Positions 27,900 through 39,560 of a stretch of 64,000 nucleotides of DNA are shown here, piece by piece. Numbering within the stretch: position 1 is the first letter of the stretch; each line of letters opens with the position of its first letter. The notes under the pieces are model-generated. The model was not told the DNA's origin. It searched no databases and worked only from the letters and a program-made list of their open reading frames with translations. The position numbers and the translations under genes were made by a program. This stretch comes from the human T2T-CHM13v2.0 reference genome, Homo sapiens: the NCBI RefSeq assembly GCF_009914755.1, contig NC_060925.1. One strand, written 5' to 3'.

Positions 27900-28110
27900 G
27901 ATAGAGCCAAACTACCTGTGACCATATCCTAGCTCTGCTGCTTACCACCTGTGCAACCTTGGGCACATCACTTGACCTCTCTGTGCCTCATTTTCCTCAT
28001 CTGTAGAATAGGGATAATGATAGTACCTGCCTCTAAGGATCTGTGGGGGTTTCATGAGGAATATACATGCAGCATTAGAACAGGGCTGGCAATGTAAGTG
28101 TGAGCCATTG
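27900..28110. mobile_element. MIR
   Basis: ACCTTGGGC...CTTGACCTCTCTGTGCCTCATTTTCCTCATCTGTAGAATAGGGATAAT. Confidence 0.8.
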
Positions 28111-28929
28111 TTGCTTTCCGTCTTCCTCTAAGGATCCCAGTGCCCTTTTCTTGTCCTGTTTCTTAGCCACTAACTGAGACAGAATCTTATCTTGAGAGTT
28201 AGATGGCCAAGTACAGGACCATCTCTTTCCCATATCCCTTAAATTCCTGTGTCAAGGACACAGGGCAGGTTTAAGATGAGTAGTGACGGCCTTCTGATCA
28301 GCATCCTGGTGGGGAGAGATCCCTGGCAAGGTTCTGGGAAGAGAATGAGACAAATGACAAAGTGGTGGGCCCATGAAAGGCCCTGTGACAAATGACTGGA
28401 AGGACTGGGTGGACAGATGGAGAAGAGCAAAGGCCCCTGTCCTTTTATTGGAGAACTCCTTGTGGCTCCCTGAACAAGACAGTGGCTCCCCAGGGGCTGG
28501 GCTTAGGGTTGGTCTCCCTGGTTCTCTCTGCGGGGATGAGTAATACGGACCGGGGCAGAGGGTCTATATCAATCTAGCCCAGCAGAAAAATGAATGAAAA
28601 TTGAATTCCCCAAGGAGAATCGGGGAGCTGTTATCCAGACAGAGATAAATCAAAGGATGCCACAGAGCCCCGGGAGAGCAGGTTTCCAACAGCAGGAGAA
28701 TAATTAAGGAAACAGTTTCAAAATGCAAATAATGAAAGGGGCCTTGAGAGGAATGAGGATGAGGAGGAGATGATTAGAGCTGGGATGACAGGGAGGGGAG
28801 CAGGGGCAGTGAGATTCGTCCCTCAGTGGAGAAAGAGCCTGGGGTTCAGGATTCCTGGCATCTGAGAGTGAACTTGCCTACTCTGTGAAGCTCTTAAAAT
28901 GGAAGGGTTAGAAGACACACTAGACTGCT

Positions 28930-29150
28930 GTGCCGAGTGGAAAGAACACCAGGTTGAGACTTAAAAGACTGGATTTAATTTCCAGTTGGCACTGCAATTT
29001 ATTAGCTGTGTGACCTTGGGCAAACCACTTAACCTCTCTGTTTCCTGATAATCATACCCAAGCCCGGGCATAATTATGAAGATAATAGGAGATAAAATAT
29101 GTGGAGGAACTTTGTAAAATGTAAAATGCTAGATAAATGTAAGCTATAAT
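28930..29150. mobile_element. MIR
   Basis: TAGCTGTGTGACCTTGGGCAAACCACTTAACCTCTCTG. Confidence 0.75.
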
Positions 29151-29964
29151 CATTTTCCTAAATTGAGTGTCTTGCCTCTGAATTGGATCCCCTGACATGT
29201 TGGGTTTGGTTTCCAGAAATGGAATGTATAAATGTCTAGCAAGTACTGGATACTTTGTACTGGCTATTGTTCAAGTTCTCTGACAGAACTTAGACCTGAA
29301 GAAAGCCACATCACCCCACCACAGGCCCATCCTCTAGTGCTCAACCTCCAACCAGGTCCTGGCCCAAAGGGACATGGCTGGCTCTGAGGAACATTCCTGG
29401 GAGGTCACCTGCCAGCCCTGGGTGCATTGTAGTGAGAAAAGCCCTGCTGAGTCAGCTCAGGGATTTTAATCCAAACTGAGTCCCACCCCAAGGGTCTTTC
29501 TGGGCCATTCCATAGTAGAGATTAATGGACTTCTGTGGGATTCAGCCATTCTCCCATTCTCTGGGGGTAGAAAACAGCTTAGCCCCTGCTAGCCTCGGTT
29601 TTTTCATCCACCAAGTAGGTATGATGAAACCATGCATCAGTTCCTCATGAAGAATAGGTAGAATTATGCAGGTAGAAGCACTTGCCTTGGTGCCTAGTAC
29701 AGTTGCAAACTTTCAATAAATATTAGTTATTATTACTACCATACGCTACTATGTTGTTATTATTATTATTATTACCATCAACAGCAGTAGGCACTAAAAT
29801 CTGTTTAAGGAAAGCTTTTTGCTAGGGGTTCCTCATTTGCAGATGGGAAAGCTGAGGTCCCAGGGGAAGTGAAGCGTCTTGGCTGGTATAGATGCTATTG
29901 GAGGACCTTGGGAATGGGACCCAGCTCATACAAGAGGCGAATGCTTTTAGAAAAGCCTCAGAAT

Positions 29965-30274
29965 GGCCGGGCGTGGTGGCTCACGCCTATAATACCAGCA
30001 CTTTGGGAGGCTGAGGCGGGCGGATCACGAGGTCAAGAGATTGGGACCAACCTGGCCAACATGCTGAGACCCCCGTCTCCACTAAAAATACAGTAATTAG
30101 CTGGGCGTGGTGGTGCGCACCTGTAATCCCAGCTGCTCGGGAGGCTGAGGCAGAATAGCGTGAACCCGGGAGGAGGTGGAGCTTGCAGTGGGCTGAGATC
30201 ACGCCACTGCACTCCAGCTTGGGCGACAGAGCGAGACTCCGTCTCAAAAAAAAAAAAAAAAGAAAGAAAGAAAA
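29965..30274 (+). mobile_element. Alu (AluY/Sc-like)
   Basis: Full Alu. 14-bp TSD AAAAGCCTCAGAAT (29951 / 30275). Confidence 0.95.
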
Positions 30275-30579
30275 AAAAGCCTCAGAATGTGGAAAGGGCA
30301 TTTATTGGCTGAGCTGCACTGTGTGTGTGGGCATGGGGGTGCAAGGTATGTTGGAGCTGCTGCTTACAGGTGCAAGAACTGAGAGCTAAGCTGACTTTCC
30401 TGGGCTTGTCTGCCAAACGACACAGGTGAAAGTGGTATCCCCTGAATCAGTCTTGGGCAGAGATAAGTCCCCACCACAGTAAGGCTGTTCCTCACCTACT
30501 GACAGGCTAGTGACATGCAATGGGAAAAGGGCAGGACCCCAGCAGGTTCAAATCAGAGAAGCAGGAGCTGCAGAGAGCA

Positions 30580-31990
30580 TTTTTAAAATATAATTTTAAA
30601 TTATAAAAGTAATTACTATATATGCTTTACATTCACTGCATTTGAATGTTATCTTTTACTAATGTTACTGAAAAATAATCACTTTACAGAAAATCTGGAA
30701 AAGAGAAAAAGGAAAAAATTCCATAATACATCTCCCTAATATACCTTTTTCCAAATATTCTTTTGAATAGTATTTTGGTATCTTTCCTTACCTTTTCCCT
30801 AATATTTTAAAAAGCATTTTATTAGTTTTTTTCTGCTTTATAAAATAATGTGCTCATTGAGAAAACTGAAAAAAGCGAAGAGAATAAAATAAAATATCCA
30901 CTGCACAGATAACCACTTTTACACTTTGGCATTTTTTTTACTCCTCCTAAACAATTTTTTATTGAGGTAAAATATACATATAATTTACCATCTTTACCAT
31001 TTTTAAGTGTACAGTGTTTATGCTTTTTTTAAGAAAAGTTCCTGAAGTTCATACCGCTTCATATTCTTTTTTCACATTTCCTAATAAATCTCAAACCCTT
31101 TTCTACATTAAATATTCTTCTGTTGTATTATTTCTAAGACTTCATAACATTCCATTTTACTTAATAATTTACTGTAACTTATTTACTATCCCCTATTGTT
31201 GGATATTTAGGTTTTCCCTTTTAAAAACCTTATAAACATCCTTGTAACTACATCTTCACAAACATTCTTGATTATTTTCTTTGGATAAATTTCTATAGAG
31301 ATTGGGTCAAATGCATCACATTTGTAGCCAAAACGTCCTGAGAAGACATTTCCCCTCTTTGCAATCCCCACTAGGAAATTGTTTTCTAATTTCCCCACAG
31401 CCTAACCAACAATGGGTATTATCATTGCCCTTACATTTGACTAAGATTTTTACATATTTATAATCCTATGCTATTGCATTGTGCTTTTAAAAAAAATAGT
31501 ATTTCACAAGCATCCCCATGTTATTGGGTTTCATAATTGGTTTCCATGATTCCATAACATACTACCAAACAATTTAATCTACTTCCCTAAGCCACTTTTC
31601 TTTTGTTGGCTATTTAGGTTATTTTTCTCCAAAACATAATACTGTAATAAACATTTTCACGCATGAAACTTTTATAAAAAATTCTAGATTATTTCCGTGG
31701 AATAGACATTCAAAAGTACTACATAAACTAAAGGGTATGAAAAATTTATGAGTTTGATACATATTGCCAAATTTCTTTCCAAACGGATGTTAAGAGTTTA
31801 TAAGCACCCAGCAGTATTGGTGAGTGTCCAAGCCCCTTTCGCCAGTCCTGAACTCTAGGATGCCCCTCCCGCGCGTCGGGCATCTCACAAACAGAAAAAG
31901 CTGTGCACGTGTTGTTTTGTCTTGCGTGTTTTTCACTGCAAATGAGGCTGGCGTTTCCCCGTGTTTGCTTACTAGTTATATTTCTATAGA
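30580..31990 (-). mobile_element. Ancient L1ME-type fragments
   Basis: AT-rich, with TAAACATCCTTGTA...ATTGGGTCAAA and TTTGATACATATTGCCAAATT motifs. Confidence 0.6.
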
Positions 31991-33361
31991 ACACATTTTG
32001 GTAAACACTAAAAATGTCACTGGGTTCTTTTGCTTTTTTCTTCTTGTGTATATTGTCTCGCGCGCGGAGTCACCTCGCAGGTAAACAAGGGAAGAGATGA
32101 TGCCAACCCAGTACCAGGACACACAAAAGTCACTGTGACCTCATTGGAGACAAATTCTAAGCAGCGCAGACGACCAGGCCATTCTCCCCCGCCCCATGCT
32201 CCTCCCTTAAAGGTGAGCAGGTGTCCCTTGTTTGGAGATGACACCAGGGGAAACAGCAGGGAAGGTTCTGGAAAGCTGGGGAGGGCACACAGTCCCCCTT
32301 CCCGCCTAAGCTGAACCCCACTAGGCTGGAAGGACGCGTATGTCTGCATTTCTGGAAGGAAATGCCGTGGGGGCTGGGGGCAGGAGAGCGGCTGGGTCTT
32401 GGGGCAGACGGGGTGGGCTTCCCGCGCCTGCAGCCCGGAGGCGTCGAGCGCCTGATGGAGCGTCAGAGGAGACCTCGTCCCAGCGTTGGGCCTTCTGTTG
32501 TATTTCTGCCAGAAACTCGCGTTGAGGAGAATTTGTTTTAAGCGTTTCTCTACCTGTCCATGCATCTCGTAAATACAGTAAGCATGGCAAGCCCTTTCGC
32601 TGGTTAACCCCGGCGTCCGTGTGCTCACTGCCGCCCTGCACGCACGAGGTCGCGGATGGTTCAAAGCACCCGCGGTGGCAGCCGGAGAGGCAGAGCGGGC
32701 TCTAGGGACCTAAGACAGGGCCGAGCTGGACGACTGGTGGCAGGGCGGCCGGGGAGGCCCCGCCGCGGGGAGGTTTGGGCCCCCTGCCCTGCGGAACTGG
32801 AGGCAAGTGCGGACTCCGGCTGCAGGCCGCGGTCTGCGGGGACGCGCGCGGGGGACCTGCGTCCCGCCACCTCCGCGCACAGCCCCTGGTCCCCTTCCCC
32901 AGCCCGGGCCGGCGCCGCCCGCCGCGTGACTCGCGCGTTCCGGGCCGAGTACGGGCTGTCCCTTGGCCCAGCCTCAGCCAGACGCGGGGGAGAGAGAGCA
33001 GGGGCTGGGAAGTGCGGGCAGGAAAGGAATTGGCCAGGGGAAAGAGGAGGAGGAAGATAGATGGAGTCATCGGTTACGGAGCGCGCTCCGTCCGGCGGAG
33101 CGAAGCCGGGGACCGAGAGCGCGCAAGGCGAAGACACAGCGACGCAGCCCCGTCCCCGGCCTCCGGACCGCCTGCCCCGCTCGGCCCCGGCTCGGCTCCG
33201 CCCCGCCCCTGGGTCCGAACGGAGGAGTGAGGAGGACACGAGCCGCGCGGGCTTGGAACCCACGAAGACCCGCAAACCCAGGGCGCCGCCGTCTCCGACC
33301 ACCTGCTGCCGCGGCAGGCCATCAGCAGAATTTATACCCAGGGCGCGAGCCCGCCACGGCT

Positions 33362-33411
33362 GGGCGGAGGCGGAGGCGGAGGCGGAGGCGGGGGGGGCGG
33401 GGGGGGGGGGG
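33362..33411 (+). repeat. (GGCGGA)4 plus G8-C-G13 tract: GC-box/G-quadruplex element
   Basis: Read directly; about 560-600 bp upstream of the LHX4 ATG. Confidence 0.85.
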
Positions 33412-33913
33412 TGCCGGCTTGCGAGGCCCCGCCCCGCTCCCTGCCGCCCCGCCCCCCTCCGCCCCGCCGGCCTCACTCGGGGCGCCGGGACCCCCACTCC
33501 CTCCGGGGTCGGCTGCCCGCCGCCGGGTTGGGGGATGTGCCGAAGGGCGGGCCTCCCTGCGGAAAGCGACGTCACGGCCGCTCCTGCAGTGTGAATGAAT
33601 CAAAACGCCCGGGTGACCGCGGCCTCCCGGGCGGCCGGCACGCGAAGGGTGGAGGGGGAGGGGGAAGGAGCGGGCGGGGGAGGGAAGAGAGGAAAAAAGC
33701 CAGAGCTGCAGCAACAGCGTCTCAACCTGGGATGTGCACCAACCCCGGAGAGCGAGATCAAAGGGACTGGAAACAGACTGGGGACTGGCGGGGGGAGGGG
33801 GCCGGCCAGCCTGTGGAGTCCTCCCTGAGAAGCGGAGGGCCCGGCTTCCACCGTGACTCCAGCGGCCTGCTTGGGGTTTTAATTATTATTTTGAAATTTC
33901 TGAATCGAGCTAG

Positions 33914-34258
<345 letters not shown>

Positions 34259-34992
34259 TGAGGCGAGCCGAGTACCGAACCCCGCATCTCCAGCCCAAGG
34301 CTTTTCTTGGAACGCTGGGGAGAGTGCTGTTTGGGGACACCCAGGGGTACGAGCTGTAGGCCAGGCCTGAGGGCGAGGGTGGTCCCCACAAATCTTCTTT
34401 CGCCGGCGTGACGGTCAGCGCTTGCAGGACCGCTAGTGCAACTTCACCCCAGCTGGCGGGAAGTTGGAGAGCGCGTCTCTCGCCCCTGGGGCTGGCGGCG
34501 GAGAAGCCCCGGCCACACTCTTAGTCCCTGCGGCCCGCGCCCCGGGCGTGCGTGCCGGGTGAGTCCCCAGCCGCTACTGCCCGCGGCGCCCGCCGCGTGC
34601 GCCGCGGGAAACTGACTGCTCCTTGTGAGGGAATCTGCTCGCGCATTCCAGCTAGCCTAGGAATGCAGGGGAGGGAGAAGCGACCGCAAGTTGTGAATTC
34701 CGGGTTCAGCCTTTGCGCACGCGAGGGCAGGTGCTCAGGGTGGCTCGGGTTTGGAGGGGTAGAGACGGGGGTGTGTGGGAGCTTTGCTAGCCTGCCCGCC
34801 CGCTTTCTTCCCGCGCCCGAAATTAGCGAGACAGCCGGAGCTCGCGGCGTGTTTATCCCCAAGTCTCTCTCTGTGTGTATGGGTGTGCGCGCGCAGAGAT
34901 TTTCCCGAAGGGAATCCGTCTCTGTGCTTCACTCCTGAGCGAGAGTCCCCGAGAGGGAATCTGTGCAGAGGCCAGAACAGGTGCCCAGTCGT

Positions 34993-35014
34993 CGCGCGCG
35001 CGCGCGCGCGCGCG
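34993..35014. repeat. (CG)11 perfect dinucleotide repeat
   Basis: Read directly from the sequence. Confidence 0.95.
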
Positions 35015-36679
35015 ACAAGCGCCGGGAGAGTCCTGCCCCTGTGGCTTGCACGCTCAGCAGGGCGCCCCGGGCACCCTGGAGAGACCAAGGAGTTCCTCGC
35101 TCCGCTTGCCAAGGGGTTGTACTTCCGCCTGCGACTTCTTTAGTGGTGCGGTAGCTACATCTTCGGGGTTTACTTTAAGTAAGGGCCGGCTCATCCAGGG
35201 ATGGTGACTACCTACAAACTAGGGCGCACGAGCGCGCCCTCCTGCGCCTCGGGTTTCCATGGCAGGGTTTCTGTCCGGCGATCCTTCGGAGGGCAGGCGT
35301 ACCGTAGGCTTCCCTGGGAAGTTTTTGAGAAGGGACTAGAAAAGAATAGCTTCATCCAAGCCTATTTAGATTGTTTCTTGGCTGTATTCTACAGTTATTC
35401 TTTGCGTGTTTTCGTGTCAACTGCTGGCAAACAGTTCCACGTCTGTGTTGAGCCTTGGGGAGTTTACCGCTAAGATGTTTTCATGGAAGGCATTGGAGAT
35501 TCACTACGCCCCACACCCCGCACACAGGCAGGGACAGAGTGGGTTCTCAGCCCCTGCAAAGACGGAAACAGAAACCCTGCAAAGGTGCACCGAGTCCTTA
35601 AGCTGCTTGTAGCTCTGCGCGAGTGAGGAGACTGCATGAGTGGGGGAAGGGTGTGTGTGTGTTACTAGTGTCCTTGGTACCCAGTACGTCTGTGCTTTCA
35701 TGGCTGTGGTCCGTAGGTGACCTGTCTGTTGGGACCCCAATGAAGGACGATGGTCTCTGCTCTGACGGCCTTTCTTGTGATGAGTGACACTCTGATTGTC
35801 TCACTTTTTGCCTTCCCTGTTCAGAGACAACTTTGATGTTCGACGTCAGGGAGTCGCTTTGCTAAAATGCCCAGAACTCACCTTCAGAGCTACAGTTTGC
35901 CAAGGCTGAGTCTAGGTTCACACTGTGGAAAACTTGAGGTGTACAAAGGAACTTCCACACCCACCCCCCCAGGGTGGCCCAGGGAGGCAATGTCTAATCT
36001 AGAGGGGGTGGTCAGTCCTCCCTTTGTCCGAGTTTCGTGACCTTGGTTGGAGGAGGCATCGGCCAAAATTGAGGGGCCCACTCCCTGAAGACTTCTGGAT
36101 CCAGCTTTTATTTCCTCTTGGAATGTGAATGGATTGTAGCCTCCCTTGCAGCACATCTGGCCTCTGGCTGTTAGGCTGTTGGTGCTGGGACCGCGGGATA
36201 AGTCCCCATCACCCACATATACACAACTATTAGTTTTCTTGGGACTGGGCCCAGTGGCCTAAGAAGGGGGGAAGCTCGAGGGGTTGTGGGGCACACCCTT
36301 GGGCCTTCCGGGACAGTAGGCTCTTAAACCCTAGAGGAGGGGAGACAAAAGAAACGCTCTCCCACAGGGGTCCCTCCAGTCGCCAACTAGAAGGGTTTCC
36401 CTCTCAACACAGACATGTTTGCCTCTTCATCACATGGAGTCACCACGAATGGAGCACTTGGGGACGCAGGTCTAGGTGTCCCCAAGCTCGGTGCCTCTAG
36501 TGCCCTCCCCTCTAGGGGCATTTTAGAAGAAGTGATTTAAATCCAGCTTATTTCGGCGGCAGCTGGACTATTCCTTTGCTTATTTGGGGATGGGTGAGGG
36601 GCATACCCTTTAGGAAAACGTTTCCAAATGATGTAATAATTTCTCTCTCATCTCTGGTCTTGCTCCAGACTTGGCCTCT

Positions 36680-37601
36680 TCCTCGCCACTCTGTCCCGGC
36701 CTCCCGCCCCCGCAGGCTCCCGTGCGGACTTAGCAGTTCGCGCCGTAGCCCTCCTGGTTTTTTACCGCGCCTTGGTCGCGCGGCCCCCGGTGCGGGCCTC
36801 GTCGCTCCGACAGCCCTACAGCTGTCCCTACGGCCCGCACCGACAGCTCGTCCCCGCCACCTCCCTCCGGGCTGTAGGGACGTCGAGATCCGAATCCTCA
36901 CAGCGCCTGACCCGGGGCCGTGTTGGGTACGGGTACGGCGAGAGCCTTCCGAGCCGCCTCCAAAACTCTCCCCGCGGACCTCAGCAGTCCCTCCACGCGT
37001 CGGGGCCCTGCTGGCCGGCCATGCCCTCTGAGGAGACGCGGAAAAGCGCGAGGCATATAGGAAGGTGGGGCGTTTTATCCGCCTCGGTTTTGACCCATCT
37101 GCCATGTAGTCTCCCCAGGCACCGAGGGAAAGGACGACGGAAGCCCGCCGCCCGGATCGCTGGCGGGAGAGAGGGCAGCCCGCACGGGAGAAGGAGGAGC
37201 CCCGCGGGGTCTCCGCTGGGGGTGGTAATTGGAATGCAGGCCTGGGGGTCTCTGTCCCCCTCCTTGTCTCCTAAAATGCTTCCGGCAAGCTCTGGCGAAC
37301 CCCGAAGCTGTAGGAAAAAGGTATTTTATTTTGTGTTTGGTAGGGTCGGGGTAAAGGTTTTCCCTGGGACTTCCTCTCCTGGGGCTCCTCCGGGGTGCGT
37401 GGGGTAATGTCCCAGCGCAGGTCGAGTTGCAGATCCGAGTCCCCGGGATTGTTGACTGTCCTTCTTGCAGGACATTTCTTAAGGGGGTGAGATGGATTCA
37501 CTGTCCAAGACAGGAGTTCACTCAAACGCTGGTGCTGTTCGCTCTTCTTTCCATTCCTGCCTTGTCTCCTAGTGCGAGAAACAGACACACACAACACACA
37601 C

Positions 37602-37648
<47 letters not shown>

Positions 37649-39560
37649 TGAGATTCTATCATATTCCGAACATTCCGATATAGCAGCTGTAGGCACCATA
37701 GACCTCCCTCCCTGCGTCGCGAGAATATATTCTCAGGCAGGAGACAATTTTTACAGATGAGGTCAGCTGTCCCCGCCGGCCGATTCGGGCCTGATGGGTT
37801 GGGGGTTCCGATGTCCTAACTGCTAGGATCCCGTTCCAGCCCCTGGCCAGAGCTGTGTACCACAAAGAAGGGAGTTTGGAGAAACCCGGGTAAGCGCGGC
37901 AGCGCCCCGCTTGGGACAGCGGATGGCTGAGGACTCCCAAGGGGCGAGAGGGCTCCGGCCTCCTCCTTTCCAGGGCCTTGTTATCTGAGAGGGCCGTTAG
38001 CACGGAGGGAAGCTTGGAAAGCCGCTGTCCCAGTGCGCTCCGCATGCGGAATTAACTGTTAAAGCCGGACACGGAGCACGCAGGTGCAGCAGGTGAGGGG
38101 CAAAGGTCTGCATTGAGCAGTCCGCAGTGTCCCGGGAAGTCGTAAAGTCGGGACTGAGAAGAAGCAGGACCTAACTCAAGTTTATTTCCTCTCTTGGCCG
38201 AGGTCCGGGCTCGTGGAAAACCAGAGCTAGGCGGGGCTACGCAGGGCTGAGCAGGAGTGGCGTCCTAGGGTCTGGGAGCGCGACCCACATGACCTCGCTA
38301 CGACCGGGGCAGGGCTCCTCCGCCCCGCGGGCAGATGCCGGCCTGGGTGGCCCGGGGAACAGACGATGAATTCTTTAAATGAGCGTTTGCTGCGCACCCA
38401 TGGGCGGCTCACGATCCTGGGCACTCGCCCGGGAATCCCGGGCGTGCTCTGGGTTTTGGGGGACTCGCCGGTGGAGGTAGATGTGGACAGGGCGGCCGGC
38501 CCTTCGCGGGTAGCCGGCTTTGCGCTTACTGCGTCCCGCAGCGGTGGGTAAAGGTCGTAGCCCAGAAGGGGACAAGGGAGGGACCGCCTCTCTCTCCCCG
38601 GTGCGCTGCAATAGAGGTTCCTGGGCCTTGGCCCTTGCAGTCCATCCGCCCAGAGGTTCGCGCCCGTTTTCGGAGCTTATTATCTCAGGTAGCCCAGAGG
38701 TCCGACTGAGCTGGAATTAGCCAGGCCTGGGACCCCTTTGCTGCCCTTTAGAGTGGTGGCAGGGACTTTTCCAGCAAGGATAGGCGCGGCAGGCGCGAGT
38801 GCGGACGGCGCGCCCATTAGGAGGAGGCCGGGTGAAAACCTCTCTTCCTCTCCAGACCCATTTCGTTCCAAGCATTTGGAATGACAAAATTAAACCCCAA
38901 CCCCGGCGGCTCGAGTCTAATGTGACTGTTTAACCCTGGGAAAGCGATGCTCCCATTTTCGAAGGGGCTCCTCCTCTTCGGAGCGGGGAGGCCGCCGGCG
39001 GGTGTGCCCGGCCCGCGCGTTCTGCGGGTGTTCGAGCCTCGGCTCCCCACTCGGTTCCGCAGCTTAGTGGACCTTGACGAGCGCTGGAAACGTGTCAGGC
39101 TCCAGAGAGACAGAGTCTCTACCTAGGCGGCTGAGGATGTCAATTAAAATCGACCAGGGAAGGGAGTTGGCGGCACTGTGCGCCGCCGGGGAAGGCGAGG
39201 TGGCGCGGGCCACCGGGTGCACCCACCGCACGAGAGGCCGCGGCTGGACTGGGACCAAGCGCATCCCTGTGTCTCAGGGGGTTTGCTTTGTGCAGGATGG
39301 GACCTTATTATTTTTAGACAGTGGGGCAAACGTGTCTTTTAAAGAGATCCGAAGGGTGAAACTAATGAAAAAGGAAATGAATTACTAGAAAAGCCGTGAA
39401 GGGATAAAACCGGGAGCAGCAGGAAGTTGAAGGAAGGACGACCGAAGCTAGGTGTATCTGCACCTGCCTCTTGACACGCCAAAAACAAAGGGGGGTTAAG
39501 GCAAGAATGTAGACTAAATGCTGTGAGGATTAGGGTAACGCGAGCCCTCAAGACGTCTCG
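36680..39560. promoter_or_regulatory. Intronic CpG islands of LHX4 intron 1
   Basis: CpG-dense blocks at about 36.7-37.45 kb and 37.7-39.3 kb. Confidence 0.8.
37606..37641. repeat. (TA)18 microsatellite
   Basis: Read directly; preceded by a short (CA)-rich run. Confidence 0.95.

Noticed and set aside
32017-33714. Long overlapping ORFs (215, 304, 211 and 177 aa) on both strands
   Set aside because: Stop-codon scarcity in a CpG island gives low-complexity Arg/Gly/Pro/Ala translations, open in several frames at once.
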